DNA of 32,000 nucleotides, taken from assembly GCA_964480775.1 (NCBI GenBank), contig CAYZRF010000002.1:105953-137952 (forward strand), written 5' to 3'. Position 1 is the stretch's first letter, and each line of letters starts with the position of its first letter. The DNA is from an uncultured Nitrososphaerota archaeon. GTDB lineage: Archaea; Korarchaeota; Korarchaeia; Korarchaeales; Korarchaeaceae. The translations under genes and the position numbers were made by a program. This document shows, piece by piece, positions 17,734-26,615 of this stretch. Below the pieces are notes generated by a model. That model ran no database searches, had not been told where the DNA came from, and was given only the letters and a program-made list of their open reading frames with translations.

Positions 17734-18817
17734 CTTCTTCCACCCCCTTTCGTCTTCTTAACCTTGCTCTTATCAAATCAAGAAGTCCCGGAACAGAAAC
17801 AGAGATCACTATTATTCCCATAACAGCTAAGACAAGCTCGTATGGAACACCAATCTGTCCTCCTTTAGATGTTGCTACTTGGACTTCTAGGGCTCCACTG
17901 TTTAGAATCGCAAAGAAAAAGGACGAGATTATGATACCCAGCGGATGATTCCTTCCAACCAGAGATACAGCAATACCATCAAACCCCCAGTTCAAAACAT
18001 TTGTGAGAGTTGTTGTTATAAAGCCAAACCTTCCTAAAACTAAAAAAGCACCAGCTAGACCTCCACACCCCCCAGCTATGAACATGGCAATAGAAGCTAT
18101 CTTTTCTGGATTCACACCACCATACTCTGCGGCCGTTGGATTAAGACCTACAGCCCTTATCTCATATCCTAATGAGGTCTTCCAAACAAGGAAAAAAACC
18201 ACGATGGCTACGGATATTGCAACAATGAAATCAGCCGTAAAAGAAGTACCTTGTACTAAGGGCGGGAATCTACTACTTTCGAGTACGTAAGCTGTCTTAT
18301 AAGGAGCCTTCGGATCAAAGATGTGATATGTGCTGACGTAATTAACGATGTAAAATGCAATCCAATTTAGCATTATTGTTGAAACAACTTCATTTACCTT
18401 CCTCTTCGTTTTTAGGATTCCTGCCAGCCAACCCCAGAATCCTCCTGCAAGAAAGGCGGCAATAACAGCGACGAGGGGATGTAGTATTCTGGGTAAACGA
18501 AGGAAAGTCCCAACAATGTTAGCAACCAGCGCACCCATGTACATCTGCCCTTCTGCACCTATATTGAATACAGAAGCTCTTGCTGCTACAGCGAAAGAGA
18601 GTGCAGTCATCGTGAGAGGGATCATATAGCTTAAAGTGTCAAGAAAAGCTCTTACATGCTTGAAAGAGCCTGAAAAAAGAGCTTCATAAAAAACTAATGG
18701 GCTGTAACCAGCCAGAAGTATGATGATACTTCCTACGATAACTCCTATTAACACCGATAGAATGGATTCGGATATGGGTTTCACGTATTTTCGGAATAAA
18801 CTTTCAATTCCTTTCAC
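17720..18817 (-). CDS. ABC transporter permease (BMP/nucleoside-type, first permease)
   Basis: 365 aa and polytopic. Its GTG start overlaps the ATPase stop (GTGA). Confidence 0.8.
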   Translation of the reverse strand: MKGIESLFRKYVKPISESILSVLIGVIVGSIIILLAGYSPLVFYEALFSGSFKHVRAFLDTLSYMIPLTMTALSFAVAARASVFNIGAEGQMYMGALVANIVGTFLRLPRILHPLVAVIAAFLAGGFWGWLAGILKTKRKVNEVVSTIMLNWIAFYIVNYVSTYHIFDPKAPYKTAYVLESSRFPPLVQGTSFTADFIVAISVAIVVFFLVWKTSLGYEIRAVGLNPTAAEYGGVNPEKIASIAMFIAGGCGGLAGAFLVLGRFGFITTTLTNVLNWGFDGIAVSLVGRNHPLGIIISSFFFAILNSGALEVQVATSKGGQIGVPYELVLAVMGIIVISVSVPGLLDLIRARLRRRKGVEEVAMA

Positions 18818-20391
18818 AACGACCCACCCCTTCTTATATCCTCTAATTTCACGCCTCCCATCATTAAACCAATCTCTTCAATGGTCAAATCCTCTGGTTT
18901 GGCAATCCCCATGAGTTCTCCTTCGTATATCACCCCAAACCTGTCACTTAGCATAAGAACCTCGTCTAAATCTGCTGAAACGAGAAGCACAGCTCGGCCC
19001 TCATCCCTCATTTTCAAAAGGGTTTCTCTTATGTATTCAGTGGCCGCAACATCTAAACCCCTTGTTGGTTGTGCTGCAACGATTACCTTTGGGTCTTTCA
19101 TAAGTTCCCTACCCACAATTAACTTCTGCTGGTTCCCACCGCTCAGGCTGGATGCGGGTATCTTGGGAGTTGGTGCATCTACAGAAAATCTCTTTATAAG
19201 TTCCCTAGCCCAATCTAGGATTTTCTCTTCTTCCAAAAAGCCTATGTTATTAGCAAACGGGGTTTTCCTCTGCAACCCTAGTATTGAGTTTTCTGCAAGC
19301 GTAAATTCAAGGATTATACCTCTTTTATGCCTATCTTCAGGAATGTGACCTAGTCCAAGCCCATATAGGGTGTGTGGATCTGCGTTCGTAACGTCCCTAC
19401 CTGCAAGAATAACCCTACCCTTCGAAATCTTTCTCAATCCTGTTATGGCCTCTACAAGCTCCGTTTGGCCGTTTCCCTCAACTCCAGCAATTCCGAAAAT
19501 CTCTCCAGACTTTACTTGGAGACTAACTCCTTTAACCGCAAAATCTCCTCTGTCATCTAGCACCCATAAATTTTCTAAAATTAATTGAGGCTCACCAGGT
19601 TCTCCTGGTCTTTTCTCCAACCTAAATAGAACTTCTCTCCCAACCATCATCTTAGCAAGTTCTTCCATCGAGACCTTGGCTGTGTTCACCTCTCCAACAA
19701 CACTACCTCTTCTTAGAACTGTAACTACATCGGTAATTGCTTTAACTTCTCTCAACTTATGAGTGATGAATACGATGGTCTTTTTTGCTTCTCTCATCTT
19801 CTTAAGAAACTCAAACAATTCTTCGACCTCTAAAGGAGTTAAAACAGCAGTTGGCTCATCAAGAATTAAGATCTCGGCATTCCTATAAAGCATCTTGAGG
19901 ATCTCTATTCTCTGTTTCTCTCCCGTAGACAAATTTTCCACAGGAGTGTCTAAATCAACCTTTAGACCCGTTTCTTCCATTAACTCCTCTATTTTGCTTC
20001 TAGCCTGTTCTATGTCTAGAATTCCCATCGACTTAACTGGTTCCTCACCTAATACGATGTTTTGAAGAGCTGTAAATACAGGAATTAGTGTGAAGTGTTG
20101 ATGAACCATTCCAATGCCTAACGCCATGGCATCTCTTGGACTTTTGATGTCAACTTCCTTGCCCTTAACGAAGATCTTGCCAGCTGTCGGACGCCTGGTT
20201 CCGTACAAGATCTCAACTAAAGTAGTCTTTCCTGCGCCATTCTCTCCTAGAAGTCCATGAATTTGCCCTTGTCTGACAGCGAAATCAACCCCTTTCAAGG
20301 CCACTGTACCGTCAGGGTAGACTTTGACCATCTCTTTCATTTCTATTGCGTAGTCCGCCAAGCCACTCACCACTACATAGGCAAAACCCAA
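18814..20391 (-). CDS. ABC transporter ATP-binding protein with two fused ATPase domains
   Basis: Walker A GENGAGKTT, signature LSTGEKQR and LSGGNQQK, and Walker B ILILDEPT are present. The roughly 510-aa duplicated architecture is typical of sugar/nucleoside CUT2 importers. The true start may be the internal ATG at 20340 (MKEMVKVY). Confidence 0.85.
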   Translation of the reverse strand: MGFAYVVVSGLADYAIEMKEMVKVYPDGTVALKGVDFAVRQGQIHGLLGENGAGKTTLVEILYGTRRPTAGKIFVKGKEVDIKSPRDAMALGIGMVHQHFTLIPVFTALQNIVLGEEPVKSMGILDIEQARSKIEELMEETGLKVDLDTPVENLSTGEKQRIEILKMLYRNAEILILDEPTAVLTPLEVEELFEFLKKMREAKKTIVFITHKLREVKAITDVVTVLRRGSVVGEVNTAKVSMEELAKMMVGREVLFRLEKRPGEPGEPQLILENLWVLDDRGDFAVKGVSLQVKSGEIFGIAGVEGNGQTELVEAITGLRKISKGRVILAGRDVTNADPHTLYGLGLGHIPEDRHKRGIILEFTLAENSILGLQRKTPFANNIGFLEEEKILDWARELIKRFSVDAPTPKIPASSLSGGNQQKLIVGRELMKDPKVIVAAQPTRGLDVAATEYIRETLLKMRDEGRAVLLVSADLDEVLMLSDRFGVIYEGELMGIAKPEDLTIEEIGLMMGGVKLEDIRRGGSL

Positions 20392-20423
20392 ATAAAAAAT
20401 AAAGAGAGGGAGAAAGTGCTTTT

Positions 20424-21668
20424 TTAGCCTGGTAAAGCTCCTGCACCGTATTTCTCTCTAACTGCTGATATCTCTTCAATAGTTTCTGGGAATGGTACTT
20501 CAACTTCACCTTTTATGATCTTTTCCTCAAGCTCGTCTATTGTGTTCCATACGCTTTCAGGATATAGGGCCCTCATAGCTTGCCACTTGGCAATTATGTT
20601 TTCGGGGGTATCAGGAAGCTGGGTTCCTAGCTCCTTAGCTATGTTGATAAAGGTCTCTAAGTCTTCAGCTCTGCTAATGCCAACACCTTTTTCTTTCAAA
20701 CCATAAAAGATTGGGCCACCAGTGAAATTCCCGTAAACTACATCTCTGATAGCATAGAAAACACCGTTGTCAACTCTTTTCATCATACTAGCTATGACAT
20801 GTCCAGGATACATCCAATCTTGATCAGCGTCTACACCTATAGCAAACGGAGGACCATACTCTATACCCTGTTCCTCGCAATAATCGCTCACCGCATCAAG
20901 CACACCAAGACCAGTTAAACCAGCAACATTGTAAAGGACATCTGCTCCTTGAGCAAGCATACCCTCAGAAACCTGCTTTCCTAATGCCCTATCAATGAAG
21001 CTTCCCGTATATTTGTAAATTATTTGAACGTCTTTTCCAGACATATTTTCAGCGTAGTTCACACCCCAGTAGAATCCACCCTCAAAGTGATATAGTACGG
21101 GGATCTCCATCCCAAGAACGACTCCTACTTTGTTTGTCTTTGTAACTAATGCAGCAAGAGCGCCAACTAGAGCAGATCCCTCGTTTTCCTTGAAGAGAAT
21201 TCCTCTAACATTGGAATCTGACGTTAGAGAGTCTACAATTGCGAATTTCTGGTCTGGAAATTCATCAGCCACTTGATCTATTGCATCAGTTAGGAGGAAG
21301 CCGACTCCTATGATTAGAGAATATTCTCCACTCGAGGATAGTTCCCTTAACCTAGGTAGATAATCGGCCTCGCTTCTCGGGGTTACATATGTTACTTCTA
21401 CACCGAGTTCCTTTCTAGCACGTTCACCCCCCAACCAAGCAAGATCGTTAAAGCCTAGGTCGCCTCTACCCCCTATGTCAAACATAATTGCTACCTTTAC
21501 ACCCTCGCCTGGTTTTGGGGTTGGAGAGGGTGTAGGTGAAGGTGTGGCTGTCGGTGTTGGGGTTGGTGTTGGAGTCGGAGCTGGTTTTGTGAAGTAATAG
21601 GCCGCGCTAGCAATTACAATTAGGACAACAACAATCCCTAAGATTTGTGCTTTCGTCAATCTACTCAC
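20424..21668 (-). CDS. BMP-family (PnrA/Med-like) substrate-binding protein, membrane anchored through an N-terminal helix and T/P linker
   Basis: An N-terminal TM helix is followed by a PTPTPTPTPTATPSPTPSPTP linker and then KVAIMFDIGGRGDLGFND, typical of BMP-family purine/pyrimidine nucleoside-binding proteins. Confidence 0.8.
   Translation of the reverse strand: MSRLTKAQILGIVVVLIVIASAAYYFTKPAPTPTPTPTPTATPSPTPSPTPKPGEGVKVAIMFDIGGRGDLGFNDLAWLGGERARKELGVEVTYVTPRSEADYLPRLRELSSSGEYSLIIGVGFLLTDAIDQVADEFPDQKFAIVDSLTSDSNVRGILFKENEGSALVGALAALVTKTNKVGVVLGMEIPVLYHFEGGFYWGVNYAENMSGKDVQIIYKYTGSFIDRALGKQVSEGMLAQGADVLYNVAGLTGLGVLDAVSDYCEEQGIEYGPPFAIGVDADQDWMYPGHVIASMMKRVDNGVFYAIRDVVYGNFTGGPIFYGLKEKGVGISRAEDLETFINIAKELGTQLPDTPENIIAKWQAMRALYPESVWNTIDELEEKIIKGEVEVPFPETIEEISAVREKYGAGALPG
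21512..21586 (-). repeat. Low-complexity (Thr/Ser-Pro)n linker-coding repeat
   Basis: GGTGTTGG/GGTGTAGG-type repeats on the plus strand encode PAPTPTPTPTPTATPSPTPSPTPKP. Confidence 0.8.
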
Positions 21669-21690
21669 CTAACTTTGATCTTTTTGTGAG

Positions 21691-21706
21691 GGTTAAATAT
21701 TTAACC
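21691..21706. promoter_or_regulatory. Perfect 16-bp palindrome GGTTAAATATTTAACC over the predicted TATA box of the ABC importer operon
   Basis: The palindrome is centred 30 nt upstream of the binding-protein start (21668), inside the 53-nt spacer after the AcnX stop. Its AT-rich core TTAAATATTTAA has TATA-like composition. Confidence 0.45.
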
Positions 21707-21721
21707 ACTACCCGCCACCTC

Positions 21722-23179
21722 TCAACTCCGAGCAGTATATTGGCTTATTAGAGACTCAAATCTATCAAAGATGACTTCAAGACCTTGAAATGTGTGCAAA
21801 TATCTTGCTGCCTTTGCAGAATCAGTTGCAACAATGCTATACCCGAGATTCTTCAATGGACAGACCACCATGCAGGTATCACAAAATACTTTAGCTCCAC
21901 TTCTTTCTATATGTCTACATATGTCTTTGTTTCTCTCAAAAACAGATCTAGATGTGAATAACCAGAAGGGAACCTTAACTTTTCTTCCATCCAAGAAGTT
22001 TGCTGCTTGCATTAACTCTTCCTTTGAAAGATGAGGACATCCAAGAACTATGATATCGGGAGTTGATCCCGTAGTGTTGAGCGATTCGAATGTTTCTTTT
22101 AACTCAGTTTTCCCAATTCTTATCTTATCACATCCTTCCTTACAAGGAAGAGAGGCTTCAGGAGTAATCTTATCTATATGAAATAGTTCAATACTCCCAG
22201 AAGCAGCACCAGCCGCACTCATGGATTTTAATTCAGCTTCCGAGACATCTACAATTCCTTCATATTTTGGAACGGATCTTGGAGCCAATCTACCGACGTA
22301 ATAGGCCAAAACCCCAAAATCAGTTTTTCCATGAAGGGAGTTCTCTAGTCTTATTGAAAGATCTGGCCTTCTATTCTCCTCCAGATGCATTCCACATTTT
22401 GGCGTAAGTCCAACTATTGCGGAGACTATGGTCTTGACTCCCCCTTCTCTGTTTGTTCTTGCCCCAAGAACGCTATTTGCGAACACTACAGCACTCGACT
22501 CCCCCCAGCAAATATGCTCGCCTTCCTTGGGCTTGTTTCCAACTAGATAGGGGGTGCACGTAAAAGTAGGTTCAGCCCCCACACTCAATAAAGCTTTGAC
22601 GATCCTAAGCTGTTTTTCAGCATAGTTCTCTGGTATTCCCATCTCACTCCATCTTTTTAGATCCATCCCAGCCGGGTTTGTAGTAGACCTGACCTTTACA
22701 AGCAGTCCCCGCTCTGCAATGTCCTCAAGGAACTCCAAGCCAGCATCTCCTATAGTTGAGTAGGAGACTCCACTTATGTGAACAGAATTTATCTTAGTGA
22801 AGCCTTTTGAGTCAGATATGCTTGCTTCTTTCTCAAGAAACCTTAAGAATCTCTCTGGTGCTTCTGCTTCAAGCTTGTATGTCTTTCTAGCAATTTGTAT
22901 CTCTACAGGTATTCCCGCTAGCTCTGCACTTATCGTAACGCTGTCAGGATGCTCTAGAATTATCTTCTTAGGCTGTTTTCCCGCCTTTACGAGTCTAAAA
23001 AAAGTATATGCACCGACGGTAGAGCCAGTTGAATGAGGGAGAATTATTACCTTGCCTGCTATCGTTTTTCCTCTTTCTGGATGGTTCGGTTGAATTATTT
23101 TGCCGCTTCTAGGATCTATTCCGTCAAGCCAAGATATTGGCTTGGAGAGCCTCAAGATATCGTTCATAATACCACTCAA
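21722..23179 (-). CDS. Aconitase X (AcnX) family dehydratase, single polypeptide with the swivel domain (DUF126-like) N-terminal to the catalytic domain (DUF521-like)
   Basis: The N-terminal ~95 aa (PISWLDGIDPRSGKII...GKVIILPHSTGSTVGAYTFFRLVKAGKQPKKII) match the small subunit/swivel pattern. The remainder carries large-subunit motifs (FTCTPY, CWGESSAVVFANSVLGARTNREG, VLGCPHLS). Confidence 0.7.
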   Translation of the reverse strand: MSGIMNDILRLSKPISWLDGIDPRSGKIIQPNHPERGKTIAGKVIILPHSTGSTVGAYTFFRLVKAGKQPKKIILEHPDSVTISAELAGIPVEIQIARKTYKLEAEAPERFLRFLEKEASISDSKGFTKINSVHISGVSYSTIGDAGLEFLEDIAERGLLVKVRSTTNPAGMDLKRWSEMGIPENYAEKQLRIVKALLSVGAEPTFTCTPYLVGNKPKEGEHICWGESSAVVFANSVLGARTNREGGVKTIVSAIVGLTPKCGMHLEENRRPDLSIRLENSLHGKTDFGVLAYYVGRLAPRSVPKYEGIVDVSEAELKSMSAAGAASGSIELFHIDKITPEASLPCKEGCDKIRIGKTELKETFESLNTTGSTPDIIVLGCPHLSKEELMQAANFLDGRKVKVPFWLFTSRSVFERNKDICRHIERSGAKVFCDTCMVVCPLKNLGYSIVATDSAKAARYLHTFQGLEVIFDRFESLISQYTARS

Positions 23180-24270
23180 ATCCTAGTGAAAGATCTAACT
23201 GTTTCCCAGTCTAGCCTTTTAACTGCCTCTGTTACTAACTTTATTGCGTTTTCAACGTCGCTTGCTGAAAGTATTGAGTTATGGGAGTGTATGTGCCTTG
23301 TTGGAACTGCTATAACAATAGAAGGAACTCCCTTGTAATGCAGGTGAATTCTAGCAGCATCTGTGCCTCCACTAACGGCAGAGAGCTGGTATGGGATCTT
23401 TAACTCTTCTGCAACCTGTATCACAAACTCTTTTAGAGGTTGATTTGGAATCATGCTCTTATCCCACGTAACTATGCTGGGACCTTCCCCCATCTTAGCA
23501 GGAGCCTCTCCAGGCTTAACTCCTGGAACATCTCCAGATATATCAACCTCGAGAACGATTCCTACGTGTGGGTTAACAACATCAGCAGTGGTCTCTGCGC
23601 CTCTAAGACCAACCTCCTCCTGAACTGTAGCTGCAGCATAAATTGCATTTGGATGTGAAGCTCCAGTCTCCTTCAAGCTCCTTATGACTTCCATGGCCAT
23701 AAATGCTCCAATTCTATCGTCAAAGGCCTTTCCTAGCCAAAGCTCCTTCTCCCCAATCTTCAGGACTTCAAACGGACTCAAGGGAGCTACTGGATCACCT
23801 ATCCTAATCCCTAGCTTTTCAAGCTCTTCTTTGCTTGAAGCACCCACATCTATGAAGAGATCTTCTAGCTTAGGAACTTTTTCCTTTTCTTGCGGTGTCA
23901 TTAGATGGGGGGGCTTGGAGACTATTGTACCAACCACATCCCCTTTTTTAGTTCTGACGATAACTTTGTGTGCTGGGAGGGTTATAGGAGCCCAACCTCC
24001 AAGCGCTCTAAATTTAATAAAGCCCTTTTCGTCCAGACCGCAGACTATGAAACCCACTTCATCACAATGACCTGCGAGAACTATCCTAGGCTCCTCTGAG
24101 GAGCCTCTCTTCTTCAGTATCAGCGATCCAAGACCATCGAATAGGATCTCATCTGCATATCGAGAATATCTCTCCTTAATTAGAAGTATGGGTTCCCTTT
24201 CAAATCCAGAGGGCCCAAAGGACTCGCTCAACTTACCGAAAAACTTAACAACTTCCTTTTCCATAGTCAT
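23176..24270 (-). CDS. M42 family metallo-aminopeptidase (TET/FrvX-like)
   Basis: LAGHCDEVGFIV, AFDDRIG and VQEEVGLRGA are M42 signatures. The ORF is open to 24324, which would overlap the divergent SIS gene, so the ATG at 24270 or 24264 (MTMEKEVV) is the more plausible start. Confidence 0.8.
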   Translation of the reverse strand: MTMEKEVVKFFGKLSESFGPSGFEREPILLIKERYSRYADEILFDGLGSLILKKRGSSEEPRIVLAGHCDEVGFIVCGLDEKGFIKFRALGGWAPITLPAHKVIVRTKKGDVVGTIVSKPPHLMTPQEKEKVPKLEDLFIDVGASSKEELEKLGIRIGDPVAPLSPFEVLKIGEKELWLGKAFDDRIGAFMAMEVIRSLKETGASHPNAIYAAATVQEEVGLRGAETTADVVNPHVGIVLEVDISGDVPGVKPGEAPAKMGEGPSIVTWDKSMIPNQPLKEFVIQVAEELKIPYQLSAVSGGTDAARIHLHYKGVPSIVIAVPTRHIHSHNSILSASDVENAIKLVTEAVKRLDWETVRSFTRI

Positions 24271-24314
24271 CCTGTAGCTTAGTTTCTTGAAATCTTTAAC
24301 TTTATCCAGCCAAT

Positions 24315-25334
24315 ATGAATTCATGTTCGATGGCCGGAGAGTTAATGAGAGCCGATATACTTGAACAACCTAGGGCTGTAGAGAGAACAATACGAGAGTC
24401 CGAAAAGGAAACGGAAAAAGCAGCCCAATTGGTTAAAGGTAAGTTCATTTATATTACTGGTAGTGGAACTAGCTATCACGCATCACTTGTGCTGCAAAGA
24501 AGCTTGACTAAAATAGCTGATACCTCCTCCGTTGCCATACCCGCCTCTGAACTCAAGTACTGGATACCTGAAAACGTGAAAAGCAGCGCACTAGTAGCTA
24601 TATCCCAGAGTGGAGAAAGTTCAGATATAATTAATGCAGTTATGGCCTTTAAATCTAAGGGGGGATCCATAATAGCTATTACAAATACTCCAGGAAGCTC
24701 TCTGGACAAACTAGCAGACACAACTATCCTAACAAAGGCTGGCGTTGAAAAGGCCGTAGCAGCAACAAAAACATACACTTGTCAGCTTGCAGCGTGTTTT
24801 CTTCTCTCTATCGCCATATCAAAGTTAACTGGGCACAATTCATCCGATCTAATGGCAGAGCTTCTGGCCCTCCCAGATGAGATCGAGAAAGAAATTATGT
24901 TAGCAGACAGGGACACTAGAAAGATAGTTCCCATTATGATAAAGAGACCTGTTGGCTTTATCTTGGGGACTGGACCAAACTACCCAACATCTCTTGAAGG
25001 AGCTCTAAAACTAAGAGAGACTTCCAACCTTTTTATCCAAGCTTTTGCAGGCAGGGAGTTCCTACATGGTCCTATACAACTAGTCTCGAACGAGACCCCA
25101 GTTATCATCATAGAGCCTGAAAAAATGCCAGCCGTCGTAAAGAAAGTTAGAAGCTACGGAGCCCCCATAATATCAATTGGAAGGGAAGCAGACTTACTTG
25201 TCAACTATGAGGGTCCAGAAGAATTTTATCCAATGCCATACATCATACCTCTACAATTTCTATCGCTTCATGTTTCTCTGGCCAAAGGCTTGAACCCTGA
25301 TAAACCCGAAAAATTGGGCAAGGTGGTTAAATGA
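24315..25334 (+). CDS. Two-SIS-domain sugar-phosphate isomerase/deaminase (GlmS isomerase-domain-like, GlmD/AgaS-type)
   Basis: ILEQP at the N-terminus, GSGTSYHA and SQSGESSD motifs in the first SIS domain, and a second SIS domain. There is no glutaminase domain. The start may be the ATG at 24330 or 24345. Confidence 0.7.
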   Translation: MNSCSMAGELMRADILEQPRAVERTIRESEKETEKAAQLVKGKFIYITGSGTSYHASLVLQRSLTKIADTSSVAIPASELKYWIPENVKSSALVAISQSGESSDIINAVMAFKSKGGSIIAITNTPGSSLDKLADTTILTKAGVEKAVAATKTYTCQLAACFLLSIAISKLTGHNSSDLMAELLALPDEIEKEIMLADRDTRKIVPIMIKRPVGFILGTGPNYPTSLEGALKLRETSNLFIQAFAGREFLHGPIQLVSNETPVIIIEPEKMPAVVKKVRSYGAPIISIGREADLLVNYEGPEEFYPMPYIIPLQFLSLHVSLAKGLNPDKPEKLGKVVK

Positions 25335-25996
25335 AGATTAAACTTGTGATTTTTGATGTAGATGATGTTTTGTATGATGCTACCCTTCAAAAAAGGAATG
25401 CTAGAGAAAATGCAGTTAGAGCAATGATAGATGCTGGCTTGCCAGTTGATTATGAAGTTTTCTTAGGTAAGCTCAGGGAAGTAATTGAAGAAAAGGGAGA
25501 GGACTATGGAAAACATTTTGACGAGACTCTAATACGCCTTGGTCTAAAAGTAGATCCTAGGATTATTGCTGCTGGCGTCGTTGCCTATCATGACACAAAG
25601 AGAGCCTATCTCAAACCCTTTCCAAATGCTTTCAAAACTATCCTTTTGCTAAGGGAAAAGGGGTATAAGGTTGGAGTTTGCACCGCGGGCCAATCGATAA
25701 AGGACTGGGAGAAGATAATTAGGTTAGGAATGCATCATTTATTCCACAATGCATGGGTGGGAGAAGCCTGCAAAGAAACATTCGAAAAAATAGTGAAAGA
25801 GATGAACATCGAATCTCCTGCTGTGGTTTTCATAACTGCGAATCCGCATTTAGTCAACGAAGCTAAAAAAGCTGGTTGGAGGATAATCAGAATAAGAAGA
25901 GGTAAATGGGCCATGAAAGAAGCTGAAAAACCTGACATGGAGGTGCAATCGGTTTGGGAAGTAGAAAAAGCAATAAAAAGCCTTTCAGAAGGGTGA
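25331..25996 (+). CDS. HAD-superfamily hydrolase
   Basis: Motif I is VIFDVDDVL. Its ATG overlaps the upstream stop (ATGA). 221 aa. Confidence 0.7.
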   Translation: MKIKLVIFDVDDVLYDATLQKRNARENAVRAMIDAGLPVDYEVFLGKLREVIEEKGEDYGKHFDETLIRLGLKVDPRIIAAGVVAYHDTKRAYLKPFPNAFKTILLLREKGYKVGVCTAGQSIKDWEKIIRLGMHHLFHNAWVGEACKETFEKIVKEMNIESPAVVFITANPHLVNEAKKAGWRIIRIRRGKWAMKEAEKPDMEVQSVWEVEKAIKSLSEG

Positions 25997-26442
25997 TTGT
26001 TGCAGGAACATTTGATAGGCTTCACAAAGGACATAAAGTCCTTTTAGGCACTTCTGCGAAGTTAGGAGAAGAGTTGTTGGTTTGTATTGCCGACGGGCCT
26101 CTTCTTATGAGTAAGAAGTTTAGAGAGAAGATACAAAGCTATGAAGAACGAAAAAAGAAAGTAGAACAGTTCTTAACGCATCTTAATACGCCCTATTCCA
26201 TCGTCAAAATCTTGGATCCAATTGGCCCAGCAGGATCTGATAAATTAGCGGATGCCATAGTAGTCTCAACCGAGACATATCCTGGTGCCTTAAGGGTAAA
26301 CTTTGAGAGAAAAAAACGAGGATTAAAGGAGCTAATTATAATAGTATGTCCACTTGTTCCTGCAGAAGACGGGAAACCAATAAGTTCTGAGAGAATCAGA
26401 GCTAAAGAGATAAACGAGGAGGGTCACTCTTTAATGGAATAG
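25993..26442 (+). CDS. coaD: Archaeal-type phosphopantetheine adenylyltransferase (cytidylyltransferase fold)
   Basis: VAGTFDRLHKGH nucleotidyltransferase motif and ISSERIR near the C-terminus. The ORF is open from 25954, but the GTG at 25993 overlaps the HAD stop as GTGA and gives a typical length of about 149 aa. Confidence 0.7.
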   Translation: MIVAGTFDRLHKGHKVLLGTSAKLGEELLVCIADGPLLMSKKFREKIQSYEERKKKVEQFLTHLNTPYSIVKILDPIGPAGSDKLADAIVVSTETYPGALRVNFERKKRGLKELIIIVCPLVPAEDGKPISSERIRAKEINEEGHSLME

Positions 26443-26544
26443 AATTAATTAAATCTTCAATATTAAAGTTAAAGGTCAGAATTAGAGAAAGAAGAGTATT
26501 TTTCATGGTATAATCATTTTTTATTAGCTTCTATTAAGATAATT

Positions 26545-26615
26545 CTGGAGGCGATGATGAGTATTCGGCAAGAGGAATTTGCCGATGCCCTAAAGAGGGT
26601 CATCTGAGCCCCAGG
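26545..26615 (+). ncRNA. C/D box sRNA candidate
   Basis: Canonical C box AUGAUGA (26554-26560) and D box CUGA (26604-26607) are 43 nt apart. The flanks can pair (CTGGAGGC / GCCCCAG, 7 bp with one bulge). The internal D' (AGGA) and C' (AUGCCCU or CGAUGC) boxes are degenerate. Confidence 0.5.
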
